From positions 1 to 47,450 of the forward strand of contig JBQGDI010000009.1 of assembly GCA_052038965.1 (NCBI GenBank): a stretch of 47,450 bases of DNA. The letters run 5' to 3'. The translations under genes and the position numbers were made by a program. The notes beneath the pieces are model-generated. The model was given only the letters and a program-made list of their open reading frames with translations, made no database searches and had not been told where the DNA came from. The DNA comes from Candidatus Limnocylindrales bacterium. GTDB taxonomy: Bacteria; Chloroflexota; Limnocylindria; Limnocylindrales; CSP1-4. Shown here in pieces: positions 17,849-27,033 of this stretch (position 1 is its first letter; the number at the start of each line of letters is the position of its first letter).

Positions 17849-19081
17849 TCAGGCGCGCTTGCGGGGCAGGTCCAGGAACGGCAGCGGCACGACGCGGGCA
17901 TCGACGCGGCCGCGGTGGCCCTCGACGGTCCACTCCACGGACAGTTGGGAGCCCGGTGGCTCGAACTGCGGCGGGACCGACGCCAGGCCGATGGCCTGCT
18001 TGAGGATCGGGCTCCAGCCGTGGCTGGTGAGCCTGCCGACCTGGCCCCCGCCGTACGGGCCGAAGACGGGCACGTGTGCGCGATTCACCACGGGCGAGAT
18101 CGCCGGTGGCAGGTCCTGCGCGGAGAACGAGTGCTCGATGCCGTCCCAGTCGAGCATCACGCCCACGAGTCGGCGGGCCGGGCCCCCACGCTGCTGTTCG
18201 CGCCGGAGTGCGAGCCGCCCGACGAAGTCGGCGGCCTTGCCGAAATCGACGAGGCGCCCCAGCCCGATCTCGAACGGCGAGTAGCTCTGCTCCGGGTTCA
18301 GGGCGTGGCGGGACGAGGTGTAGTCGACCTCGAGGAGGATGAGCCCGGCCTCGAGCCGGACGACGTCGAGGGCCAGCATACCGGCCGGCCGGATGCCGTA
18401 CGCGCGGCCCGCGTCCATGAGCGAATCCCACGCCTCGGCCGCGCGCTCGGCCGGGACCCAGACCTCATACCCAAGGTCGCCGGTGTAGCCGGTCCGTGAG
18501 ACCTCGACCGCAAGGGAGCCGCCGGCCCGACCCCGACCCTTCCCCCCGCGGTGGAGCGCGGCCGGGCGACGCCGGAAGTAGCGAAGGTCGGCCAACGACT
18601 CGCCCGTCGCGGCCTCCAGGACGGCCCTCGACAGCGGGCCCTGGAGCGCGACCGCGGCCACGGCCTCCGTCACGTCCTCGAGCGAGACGTCGAGGCCGCG
18701 GGCGTTGAGGGTCAGCCAGCGAAGCTGCGGGTCGGCGGCGGTCCAGAAGAACGCGTCGGGCGCGAGCCGGTGGACGGTGCCGTCGTCGATGACCTTGCCG
18801 TGCTCGTCGCACCACGGCGTGTAGTAGACCTGGCCGACCGCGAGCTTCGTCGCGTCGCGGGTGATGACCCGGTCGACGAGCCGCTCGGCGTCAGGGCCAG
18901 AGACGCGGTACTTGTAGAGCGGCGAGACGTCGATCAGGGCCGCCGCCTCGCGGATCGCGTTGTACTCGACGTCGTGGTGGTCGGCGTAGGCCGACGACGC
19001 CCAGTAGCCGGACCACTCGCGCCACTGCAGCTTGCGATTGAGCGCCGCGGTCCGCGGGTGGAACGGGCTCCCGATGCTCAT
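17849..19081 (-). CDS. Aminomethyltransferase (GcvT/DmdA/LigM superfamily, THF-dependent)
   Basis: EYNAIREAAALIDVSPL, GPDA, GKVIDDG, ALQGPLS, SRTGYTGDLGYE, ALDVVRLEAG, SPFEIGLG. ATGA overlap with the upstream gene. Confidence 0.88.
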   Translation of the reverse strand: MSIGSPFHPRTAALNRKLQWREWSGYWASSAYADHHDVEYNAIREAAALIDVSPLYKYRVSGPDAERLVDRVITRDATKLAVGQVYYTPWCDEHGKVIDDGTVHRLAPDAFFWTAADPQLRWLTLNARGLDVSLEDVTEAVAAVALQGPLSRAVLEAATGESLADLRYFRRRPAALHRGGKGRGRAGGSLAVEVSRTGYTGDLGYEVWVPAERAAEAWDSLMDAGRAYGIRPAGMLALDVVRLEAGLILLEVDYTSSRHALNPEQSYSPFEIGLGRLVDFGKAADFVGRLALRREQQRGGPARRLVGVMLDWDGIEHSFSAQDLPPAISPVVNRAHVPVFGPYGGGQVGRLTSHGWSPILKQAIGLASVPPQFEPPGSQLSVEWTVEGHRGRVDARVVPLPFLDLPRKRA

Positions 19082-20046
19082 GCTCGCTCCAGTGTGCTCG
19101 CTTGCTCCGCCGGCCGCGTGGCGGGATCGGCGAGGCCCAGCCCGAAGGCCGCGACGAGGAGGGTCGTCGAGCCGCCGATCCAGAGCCACCGGAGGGCGCC
19201 CCACGCGGGCGCCTGGCTGACGGACACGGCCATGGGCTGGCCGGCGGCGGCGAGGAGCTCCACGACCAGGCCGAGCGCGCTCAGGCCGCCCGCGAGGAGG
19301 GCCGCCGTGGCGCCGGTGCGTCGCGCCAGCTCCGGCCGACTGTCGTCATCGAGGCCTCGCAGCACCGCACGTGCGACGTACGCCAGGACGCCGATGGCCA
19401 GGATCTGGGCGATCGTGTTCAACGCCAGGAGCCCGTCCGTCTGGGGGTCTCCGACGTCGTAGCCGGGCCCGCTGAGGAAGAGCACCAGCGAGACGGCGGT
19501 CCCGCCGAGGATCGCGAACGCGGCGAGGTTGCCGAGCCCGGACGCGTTGTCGCTCGGTTGGACCGGGTTGAGGCGCGCGAGGCCGCGCCCGATCGCCACC
19601 CAGCCGACGACCTGGACGCCGATCGCCGCGATCGACGTCGCCGCCCACGCGCCGACGCCGCCGATCTCGTTGGCGATGGAGCTGGTCGGAAACGACAGCA
19701 GCTCGGCGAGGCCGATGAAGACCGCGCCGTCGACGATCGACGGCGTGTCGGCCGGCGCCGTCGGGCGCCGCAGGACGAGCAGGGCCGGCAGCAGGATCAG
19801 GGCGCTGTGGGGCAGGACGCTCGACAGCGTCGCGACCGGGGCGCCGAGGTCGAGCACGATCCGCGGGCCGATCAGGCCGAGCAGCCGGGCGAGGACGTCG
19901 ACGGCTGCGAGGGCGATGAAGACCTGCGCGAGCTCGGGCAGCCGGCGGAACCGCTCGATCGCCCCTCGGGCGGCGCGCTCGAGCCCCGGCGGGAGGCGCA
20001 TGGACTCGACGACGCGGACCTCGCGGCCGCTACCGTCGTCGCTCAT
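19078..20046 (-). CDS. Hypothetical polytopic membrane protein
   Basis: About 8 hydrophobic segments, good codon usage, TAGGCT 9 nt before the ATG, coupled to the GcvT-like gene. Confidence 0.7.
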   Translation of the reverse strand: MSDDGSGREVRVVESMRLPPGLERAARGAIERFRRLPELAQVFIALAAVDVLARLLGLIGPRIVLDLGAPVATLSSVLPHSALILLPALLVLRRPTAPADTPSIVDGAVFIGLAELLSFPTSSIANEIGGVGAWAATSIAAIGVQVVGWVAIGRGLARLNPVQPSDNASGLGNLAAFAILGGTAVSLVLFLSGPGYDVGDPQTDGLLALNTIAQILAIGVLAYVARAVLRGLDDDSRPELARRTGATAALLAGGLSALGLVVELLAAAGQPMAVSVSQAPAWGALRWLWIGGSTTLLVAAFGLGLADPATRPAEQASTLERA

Positions 20047-20179
20047 CGTGCGCGGAGCCTACCGGATCGGACGGTGGTCACGGCGAGCACTCCCGACCGG
20101 CGCCGGCCGGGTCCGTCCGCTAGAGTCGAGGGGTCCCACGGCCGGGCCCGCCGAACGAGGCCTGCACCGGGAGGTGTGC

Positions 20180-21832
20180 GTGCCCCAACGCTACGACGCG
20201 GTCGTGATCGGCGGCGGCCACAACGGCCTGATCAGCGCCGCCTATCTCGCGCGCGGCGGCCTGCGGACCCTGGTCCTCGAGCAGCGCCACGTGCTCGGCG
20301 GCGCGGCGGTCACGGAGGAGATCTTTCCGGGCTTCCGGTTCTCGGTCTTCTCGTACGTCGTGTCGCTGCTTCGGCCCGAGATCATCCGCGAGCTCGACCT
20401 GCCGCGCCACGGCCTCGACATCCTGCCGCTCGATGGCACCTTCACGCCGCTGCCCGAGGGCGAGGGCCGGCCCGCGCCGAGGGACGGCGCCGGCAACCCG
20501 ATCGGCACCGGCGACTACCTGTGGCGGGTCAACGATCACGGCCGGACCGTCCGCGAGCTCCGGCGCTGGTCGAAGCTCGACGCGGAGGCGTACCCGGAGT
20601 ACGGCCAGCTGATGGTCGACATGGCCCGGTTCATCAAGCCGATCCTGTCGATCGTCCCGCCCGACCCCGCCTCGCTCGACCCGCGGCCGCTGCTGCCGCT
20701 CGGCGGGTTGCTGCGATCGTTCGCCCGCCTCTCGGAGCGCCAGCAGGCGGTCTTCGTCCAGCTGATGACGATGTCGGCCTTCGACTTCCTGTCGCAGTGG
20801 TTCGAGACCGACCCGCTGAAGGCCACGATGTCCGCCTCGGGCATCATCGGCACGTTCCAGGGCATCAAGAGCCCGGGCACGGCCTACGTGCTGCTGCATC
20901 ACTACATGGGCGAGATCGACGGCGCCTTCCGAGCCTGGGGCATCCCCAAGGGCGGCACGGGCGGGATCTCCGAGGCGATCGGCCGTGCAGCACAGGCGAA
21001 CGGGGCGGAGATCCGGACGGAAGAGCGCGTCGCCACGATCCGGGTCAGGGGCGGGCGCGCCAGCGGCGTCGTCCTCGAGTCGGGCGAGGAGATCGAGGCC
21101 GACGCGATCCTGTCGTCGCTCGACGTGCGACGGACGTTCCTCGACCTCCTTGAGCCTGGCACGGTCGACTCCGCGTTCGAGGCCGAGGTCCGGCGCTTCA
21201 AGTTCCGCGGCTCGTCGGGCAAGGTCAACCTCGCCCTCGACGCCCTGCCGAGCTTCACCTGCCTGCCGAGCGAAGGCGAGCACCTCCGGGGCGCGATCTC
21301 GATCTCGCCGTCGACCGACGAGATGGAGCAGGCCTACGACGACGCCAAGTACGGCCGCTGGAGTGCCCGGCCCTACGTCGACATCATCATCCCGACGCTC
21401 GTCGACCCGTCGATGGCGCCGCCCGGCAAGCACGTCATGAGCTGCTTCGTGCAGTACGCGCCGTACCACCTCGATCCGACGCTCGGTTCGTGGGACGACA
21501 ATCGCGAGCTCTTCGGCGACGCGGTCGTGAACCGGATCGCCGAGTTCGCGCCGGACCTGCCGTCGAAGATCCTCCATCGCAACGTCCAGACGCCGCTCGA
21601 CATCGAGCGCACGACGGGCCTCACGGAGGGCAACATCTTCCAGGGCGAGCTGTCGCTCGAGCAGCTGTTCTTCAGCCGCCCGGTGCCTGGCTGGGCCCGC
21701 TTCCGGACGCCCGTCGAGAACCTCTGGCTGTGCGGCTCGGCGACTCACCCGGGTGGCGGGATCATGGGCGCGAATGGCCGGATCGCGGCCCTTGAGCTCC
21801 TGAGAGCCCGCAAGAGCGGGCGCGCCGCATGA
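20180..21832 (+). CDS. Phytoene-dehydrogenase-like FAD oxidoreductase (COG1233/PYROXD2-like), copy 1
   Basis: YDAVVIGGGHNGL..AAYLA, LEQR..LGGA, PKGGTG, GLTEGNIFQG, LWLCGSATHPGGG. SD GGAGGT before GTG20180. Confidence 0.9.
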   Translation: MPQRYDAVVIGGGHNGLISAAYLARGGLRTLVLEQRHVLGGAAVTEEIFPGFRFSVFSYVVSLLRPEIIRELDLPRHGLDILPLDGTFTPLPEGEGRPAPRDGAGNPIGTGDYLWRVNDHGRTVRELRRWSKLDAEAYPEYGQLMVDMARFIKPILSIVPPDPASLDPRPLLPLGGLLRSFARLSERQQAVFVQLMTMSAFDFLSQWFETDPLKATMSASGIIGTFQGIKSPGTAYVLLHHYMGEIDGAFRAWGIPKGGTGGISEAIGRAAQANGAEIRTEERVATIRVRGGRASGVVLESGEEIEADAILSSLDVRRTFLDLLEPGTVDSAFEAEVRRFKFRGSSGKVNLALDALPSFTCLPSEGEHLRGAISISPSTDEMEQAYDDAKYGRWSARPYVDIIIPTLVDPSMAPPGKHVMSCFVQYAPYHLDPTLGSWDDNRELFGDAVVNRIAEFAPDLPSKILHRNVQTPLDIERTTGLTEGNIFQGELSLEQLFFSRPVPGWARFRTPVENLWLCGSATHPGGGIMGANGRIAALELLRARKSGRAA

Positions 21833-21866
21833 CCCTCCATCGGCTCGGGCCCGAGATGGGCCACCC

Positions 21867-23492
21867 ATGACCGCGGGTAGGCCGCGGCTGGGCGGCTGGG
21901 ATGTGGTCGTCATCGGTGCCGGACACAACGCGCTGGTCACGGCCGCATACCTGGCGAGGGGCGGCCTCCGGACCCTCGTGCTGGAGCGCCGGGAGCGCGT
22001 CGGCGGCGCGGCCGACACGGCGGAGATCGCCCGCGGGGTCCGCCTGCCGGCACTCGCCCACACGGTCGGGCGGCTGCGGCCCTCGATCCAGAAGGACCTC
22101 GCCCTCGCCCGGCACGGGCTGTCGCTCGTCGCGCCCGAGGTTCGGGTCTTCGCGCCGCGCCCGGAAGGGGACGCGCACGTCCTGTGGGCCGATCCGGTCC
22201 AGACCGCGGCCGGTCTTCGCGGGCGCGGCCTCGGGCGCGACGCCGACGGCTACCTGGAGCTCGATCGGCGGGTCCGCGAACTCGGCCGCTTCCTCGACCA
22301 GCTCGGCCGCTCGGTCCCACCGGACACGGCGGCACCGGGGCTCGACGATGCCCTCGCCGCGCTGCGGCTCGGGCGATCGTTCCGCGGCCTCGGGCGTGCC
22401 GGGACCCGGACCCTCCTGCGGGTGCTGCCGATGGCCGTCGCGGACCTGGTCGGCGAATCGCTCGACGGCGACGCGCTGCGGGCGGCGATCGCGTGGCGCG
22501 GCGTCCGCTACGGCGCCGTCGGCCCGTGGTCGGCCGGCACGGCCGCGACGCTCCTGGCCGACGGCGCCGGCAACGACGGCGGCGCCGCCGGCGAGACGGT
22601 CTTCGCGAGGGGCGGGCCGGGGGCGCTGTCCATGGCGCTCGCGGACGCGGCCTCGGCAGCCGGTGTCGCGATCCGAACCGGCGTCGAGGTTACGGCGATC
22701 ACGTCACAGGACGGGGTCGCGACCGGCGTCGTCCTCGCCGGCGGCGAGGAGATCCGGGCACGGGCGGTCGCCTCGGGCGCGGACCCGAAAAGGACGCTGC
22801 TCGACCTCCTGGACCCGGTCGCCCTCGGACCCTCGCTCGCCTGGCGGGCCGGCAACATCCGGACGCCGGGCGTGACGGCGAAGGTCAACCTCGTCGTCAG
22901 GCGCCTCCCGGCGTTCCCGGCGGCCGGCGACGACCCGCGCCTGCTGCGGGGGCGAATCCTCGTCGCGCCCGGCATCGATGCGATGGAGCGGGCGTTCGAC
23001 GCCGTCAAGTACGGCCGCTGGAGCGAGCGGCCGATCGTCGAGGCGACGATTCCGTCGCTCGTCGACCCGTCGCTCGTCGAGGGTGCCAAGGCCGGGACGC
23101 AGGTCGTCAGCGTCATCGCGCAGTACGCGCCGTCGACGCTGCGAGGACGCGACTGGGAGATGGACCGCGAAGCGTTCGGCGACGCCGTGGTCGCCGTCCT
23201 CGATTCGGTCGCCCCGGGGCTCGCCAAGCTCGTCAGCCATCGCCAGGTCCTGCTGCCCGGCGACCTCGAGCGGCTATACGGGCTGACCGGCGGCCACCCG
23301 CTCCACGCCGAGGCGGCCCTCGACCAGTGGTACCTGTGGCGGCCGCTTCTTGGCCACGCCCGCTACCGAATCGCGCTGGAGCGCCTCTACCTGTGCGGCT
23401 CGGGTGCCCATCCCGGTGGCGGGATCACCGGCGGCCCCGGCCAGAACGCCGCCCGCGAGATCCTCTCGGACCTGCGCCGGCGCGGCCGCTAG
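21867..23492 (+). CDS. Phytoene-dehydrogenase-like FAD oxidoreductase, divergent copy 2
   Basis: WDVVVIGAGHNAL..AAYLA, ARGGPG, GLTGGHPLH, LYLCGSGAHPGGG. Confidence 0.88.
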   Translation: MTAGRPRLGGWDVVVIGAGHNALVTAAYLARGGLRTLVLERRERVGGAADTAEIARGVRLPALAHTVGRLRPSIQKDLALARHGLSLVAPEVRVFAPRPEGDAHVLWADPVQTAAGLRGRGLGRDADGYLELDRRVRELGRFLDQLGRSVPPDTAAPGLDDALAALRLGRSFRGLGRAGTRTLLRVLPMAVADLVGESLDGDALRAAIAWRGVRYGAVGPWSAGTAATLLADGAGNDGGAAGETVFARGGPGALSMALADAASAAGVAIRTGVEVTAITSQDGVATGVVLAGGEEIRARAVASGADPKRTLLDLLDPVALGPSLAWRAGNIRTPGVTAKVNLVVRRLPAFPAAGDDPRLLRGRILVAPGIDAMERAFDAVKYGRWSERPIVEATIPSLVDPSLVEGAKAGTQVVSVIAQYAPSTLRGRDWEMDREAFGDAVVAVLDSVAPGLAKLVSHRQVLLPGDLERLYGLTGGHPLHAEAALDQWYLWRPLLGHARYRIALERLYLCGSGAHPGGGITGGPGQNAAREILSDLRRRGR

Positions 23493-23520
23493 GGACCTGT
23501 CCGGGCGGACCTCACCGCCC

Positions 23521-23720
23521 TCGTATTCACGGAATCGGGCACGCCATCGTTGTTCATCTCGGCGATACCTGTCGCTGGTATGCGAGTGGCCGGGCTGGCT
23601 TGGGCCTTGCTTGGCGGATGCATCCCGGCGTCGTGTCCGACCCCCCGAACCGCCTTCGCATGCCCGCGACGGGCATCGCGGGAATCGACGTCAACCCAGG
23701 GCGCGGAATCGTGCATACGA
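23521..23720. repeat. 200-bp degenerate palindromic intergenic element
   Basis: Ends TCGTATTCACG / CGTGCATACGA. Inner arms 23562-23586 and 23655-23679 are 20/25 reverse-complement identical. GGATGCATCC sits exactly at the centre (23616-23625). Confidence 0.7.
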
Positions 23721-23757
23721 AGTCGGCCGGCGGGGCCGGCGGGGCCGGGTCCGGGAC

Positions 23758-25050
23758 CTACGGTTCGGCGGCCCCGCCCGTCGCGGCTGCACCGGGGGCT
23801 GCCGGTGGGGCGGCGGGCGTGGGCGCCGGGGCCGGTGCCCCGGCCGCCGGTGTCGGCCCCGGTACTTCCTCCCCCTCGACATCCGAATCGATCGTCGGAT
23901 CGGGCTCGCGCGGCTGGCGGATCGCGCGGCCCTCGCGCTGGCCGACCCGTCGTGCGGCCCGCTCGGCGACCGGCCCGGCGTCGCGTCGGCGGCTCATCGA
24001 GTGCAGGAACAGGGCCGACAGGACGGCTGCGACTGGGATCCCGAAGATCGCGCCGCTGATCCCCGCGACCTTGAGGCCCACGAACACCGAGCCCAGCACG
24101 ACGATCGGGTGGATTCGCAGCGCGTCGGCCATGATCCGCGGGGTCAGGTAGTTCATGACGATGAGCCAGCCCAGGGCCAGGACGATGCCCGTGCCCAGGA
24201 TCGCGTCGGGCTCCAGGAAGACCGCGACGAAGAACGGCGGCATCCAGGCGAAGAACGGCCCGAAGAACGGGATCGCCATGAGCAGGGCCGCGAGGACGGT
24301 CGTGGCCGGCAGGAATGGCAGCCCGAACACGAGGCTGGCCAAGAACGCCACCGCGCCGTAGGCGATCCCGGTGATGACCTGCCCGCGGATGAACCCGCCG
24401 AACGAGCGGCTCACGGCCTCCTCGAGCAGCTCGGCCTCGGCCTTCCACCCCGGCGGGACGAGCCAGAAGAAGAACGCCGCCAGCCGATCGCGGTCCGCGA
24501 CCATGTACAGCGACAGGACGATCACGAGCAGCAGGTTGCCGATCGCGCCGAGGCTGGCGACGGCGATGTCCTGGAGCGGCTGCACGAGCTGGGCCGCGTA
24601 GGTGCTGATGTTGTCGAGGAAGACCGTGGCCTGGGCCACGAGGTCGACCTGGATGAAGCCGAGTCCGTCCAGCCGCTGCTGCCAGTCGGCCAGGATCGAC
24701 GGCAGCTCGGCCCGCAGGCGTGGCACGTCGGCCACGAAGTCGGCGATCGAGGTCACGAGGGCCGCGGCGCCGACGAGCGCCAGCAGGGTCAGGCCGCCGA
24801 AGAGCAGGAAGTAGACGGTGAAGATCGCGCCCGTCCGGGTCATGAACGGGATCAGGTGACGGAGCCAGTCGATGATCGGGTAGAGGACGAAGGCCAGCAG
24901 CCAGGCCAGGAAGAAGACGAGGATCAGGTCGCCGAAGTAGGCCCACGCGACGCCGACGAAGCCGAGGACGACGAAGCCGAGGGCGATCGCGCCGAGGATC
25001 AGGACGGCATCGAACCAGCGGCGCTCGCTCGGCGTCATCTGGAAGCCCAT
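23758..25050 (-). CDS. AI-2E (PerM) family transporter
   Basis: FFLAWLLAFVLYP, FGGFIRGQ, IPFFGP, NYLTPRIM...LRIHP, GAIFGIPVAA. SD GAGGAGG. Confidence 0.88.
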   Translation of the reverse strand: MGFQMTPSERRWFDAVLILGAIALGFVVLGFVGVAWAYFGDLILVFFLAWLLAFVLYPIIDWLRHLIPFMTRTGAIFTVYFLLFGGLTLLALVGAAALVTSIADFVADVPRLRAELPSILADWQQRLDGLGFIQVDLVAQATVFLDNISTYAAQLVQPLQDIAVASLGAIGNLLLVIVLSLYMVADRDRLAAFFFWLVPPGWKAEAELLEEAVSRSFGGFIRGQVITGIAYGAVAFLASLVFGLPFLPATTVLAALLMAIPFFGPFFAWMPPFFVAVFLEPDAILGTGIVLALGWLIVMNYLTPRIMADALRIHPIVVLGSVFVGLKVAGISGAIFGIPVAAVLSALFLHSMSRRRDAGPVAERAARRVGQREGRAIRQPREPDPTIDSDVEGEEVPGPTPAAGAPAPAPTPAAPPAAPGAAATGGAAEP

Positions 25051-25106
25051 CGCCGCCCTCCTCGTGCCGGGCTAGCCTGGTCTGGCCCGTTCCGCGCCGC
25101 GTGCCA

Positions 25107-26123
25107 TCACGATCGAAGACCCATCTTCTCGCGGACCTCGGCCATCGTCTCGGCAGCCTTTGGCGCGAGGCGCTCCGCTCCGGCGCGCAGGATCTCGTCG
25201 ATCCGGCCCGGGGTCGCCATGAGCTCGAGGTACCGCTCCCGTGCGGGCGCGTAATGGCGGACGATCCGTTCGGCCAGCAGCTTCTTCATGTCGACACAGC
25301 CGGTTCGCGCCGTCCGCTCGCCATCCCACAGGTCTTCGTAGTCGTCGCCGAAGAAGCGCTGCAGCTGGCAGACGTTGCAGACCTCCGGCCGGCCGGGGTC
25401 GGTCCGCAGGAACCGCCGCGTGTCGGTGACCATCGACGTCACCTGCTTCCGGATGACCTCCGGGGCGGCCAGGATGTCGATCGTGTTGCCGATCGACTTG
25501 CTCATCTTCCGGACGCCGTCGGTGCCGAGCACGGTGGGCGCCTCGGTGAACACCGCCTGCGGCTCGGGGAAGGTCTCGGCGTAGCGGTTGTTGAAGGCCC
25601 GGACGATCTCGCGCGACAGCTCGAGGTGCGCCGCCTGGTCCTTGCCGACGGGCACGAACGACGCCTTGTAGATGACGATGTCGGCCGCTTGGAGGACCGG
25701 GTAAGTGAGCAGCCCATGGTTGATGTCGTCAGGCTGCGATTCGCGCTTCTCCTTGTAGGTCGGCGTCCGCTCCAGCCAGCTGACCGGCGTGACCGTCGCG
25801 AGCAGCCAGGCCAGCTCGGTGTGCTCCGGTCGGTGCGACTGGACGAACAGCGTGCACCGCTCGGGGTCGAGGCCGAGGGCCAGCAGCGACGCCGCCATGT
25901 CCCGGGTGTTGCGCCGGAGCACCTCGGGGTCGTGGGTGCTCGTCAGGGCGTGGTAGTCGACGATGCAGTAGATCGACTCGTATTCGTCCTGGAGCCGGAC
26001 GTAGTTCCGGATCGCCCCGAGGTCGTTGCCGAGGTGGGCGACGCCCGACGGCTGGATGCCGCTGAACGTGCGGAGGCCGGCGCGCGGAGCCGTGCCGGGC
26101 GCGTCGGGAGCGGTGGCCGTCAT
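25107..26123 (-). CDS. trpS: Tryptophan--tRNA ligase
   Basis: FSGIQPSG..HLGN, VDYHALT, YPVLQAADI, VPVGKDQ, KMSKS. ATG26123 lies 8 nt after TACACT. Confidence 0.95.
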   Translation of the reverse strand: MTATAPDAPGTAPRAGLRTFSGIQPSGVAHLGNDLGAIRNYVRLQDEYESIYCIVDYHALTSTHDPEVLRRNTRDMAASLLALGLDPERCTLFVQSHRPEHTELAWLLATVTPVSWLERTPTYKEKRESQPDDINHGLLTYPVLQAADIVIYKASFVPVGKDQAAHLELSREIVRAFNNRYAETFPEPQAVFTEAPTVLGTDGVRKMSKSIGNTIDILAAPEVIRKQVTSMVTDTRRFLRTDPGRPEVCNVCQLQRFFGDDYEDLWDGERTARTGCVDMKKLLAERIVRHYAPARERYLELMATPGRIDEILRAGAERLAPKAAETMAEVREKMGLRS

Positions 26124-26252
26124 CGGCCGGGAGTGTAGCCGACGGTCCCGGCCTGACCCGGGCTCCAAGGGGCCGGGATCGGGCCGATGGACCATTCGCG
26201 CCCGAGCCGACCGGCCCTGCCGCGAGCACGCCCCGCCCGACACCCTCGGCCC

Positions 26253-26990
26253 ATGACAGCCGAAGCCACCCTGCTCGTTTCCGACCGCCCGCTGCCCGTC
26301 GTCCGCTCGGTGCGGGCCGGACCCGCGGCCCTGATCCGTGACGTCATCCTGGGCGGCCAGGACGGCCTCGTGAATGTCCTCGGGCTCGTCCTCGGGATGG
26401 CCGCGGCGACGGGCGATACGGGCATCGTCGTGACCGCCGGGCTCGCCTCGCTGCTGGCCGAGTCGATCGCAATGGCCGGCGTCGCCTACACCTCGAGCGG
26501 CGCCGAGCGCCAGCTCTCTGCATCGACCCGGATCACGCTCCGACTCGAGCGCGAGTCCATCGCCGCCGAGCGTGTTGCCGTCCGGCGCGTCCGACTGACG
26601 GCCCTCGGCCTGTCGCCGCAGGCCCGTTCGATCGTGGAGCAGGAGGCGGCCGAGGAGGCCGCGGCCTGGCAGGCGCGGCTCGACGACGAGCGCGACGCGC
26701 TGAGCCCCGTCCGCGAGAGCCGGCCGATCCGTGTCGCGGCGGTCGTGGGTGTATCGACCGCGCTCGGCTCGGCCGTGCCACTCCTGCCGTTCGTCCTGCT
26801 GCCGATCGGCGCCGCCGCCCCGGTCGCGCTCGCGGTCGGGGCCTGGGTTCTCGCCATGGCCGGGATCCATCGCGCCGCGGTCACCGGCGGATCACGCCGT
26901 CGGGCCGCGCTCGAGATGCTGGCGATCGGGCTCGTCTCGGCGCTCGCCGGCTACCTCATCGGCCAGGTCCTGCGCGTGCCGGGCGCGTGA
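26253..26990 (+). CDS. VIT1/CCC1 family Fe/Mn transporter
   Basis: DVILGGQDGLVNVLG, AESIAMAGVAY, GSAVPLLPF; about 5 TM segments. Confidence 0.85.
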   Translation: MTAEATLLVSDRPLPVVRSVRAGPAALIRDVILGGQDGLVNVLGLVLGMAAATGDTGIVVTAGLASLLAESIAMAGVAYTSSGAERQLSASTRITLRLERESIAAERVAVRRVRLTALGLSPQARSIVEQEAAEEAAAWQARLDDERDALSPVRESRPIRVAAVVGVSTALGSAVPLLPFVLLPIGAAAPVALAVGAWVLAMAGIHRAAVTGGSRRRAALEMLAIGLVSALAGYLIGQVLRVPGA

Positions 26991-27033
26991 GCGGATTGCC
27001 GCCGTCCCGGGTGACCCGGAGGCCGAGGCCCGG

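Noticed and set aside
17849-19081. Calling this gene gcvT (glycine cleavage)
   Set aside because: No gcvH/gcvP and no glycine riboswitch were seen; the context points to a different superfamily member.
20180-23492. Carotenoid desaturases (crtI/crtO)
   Set aside because: No crtB/crtE/crtY in the window; the fold family contains many non-carotenoid enzymes.
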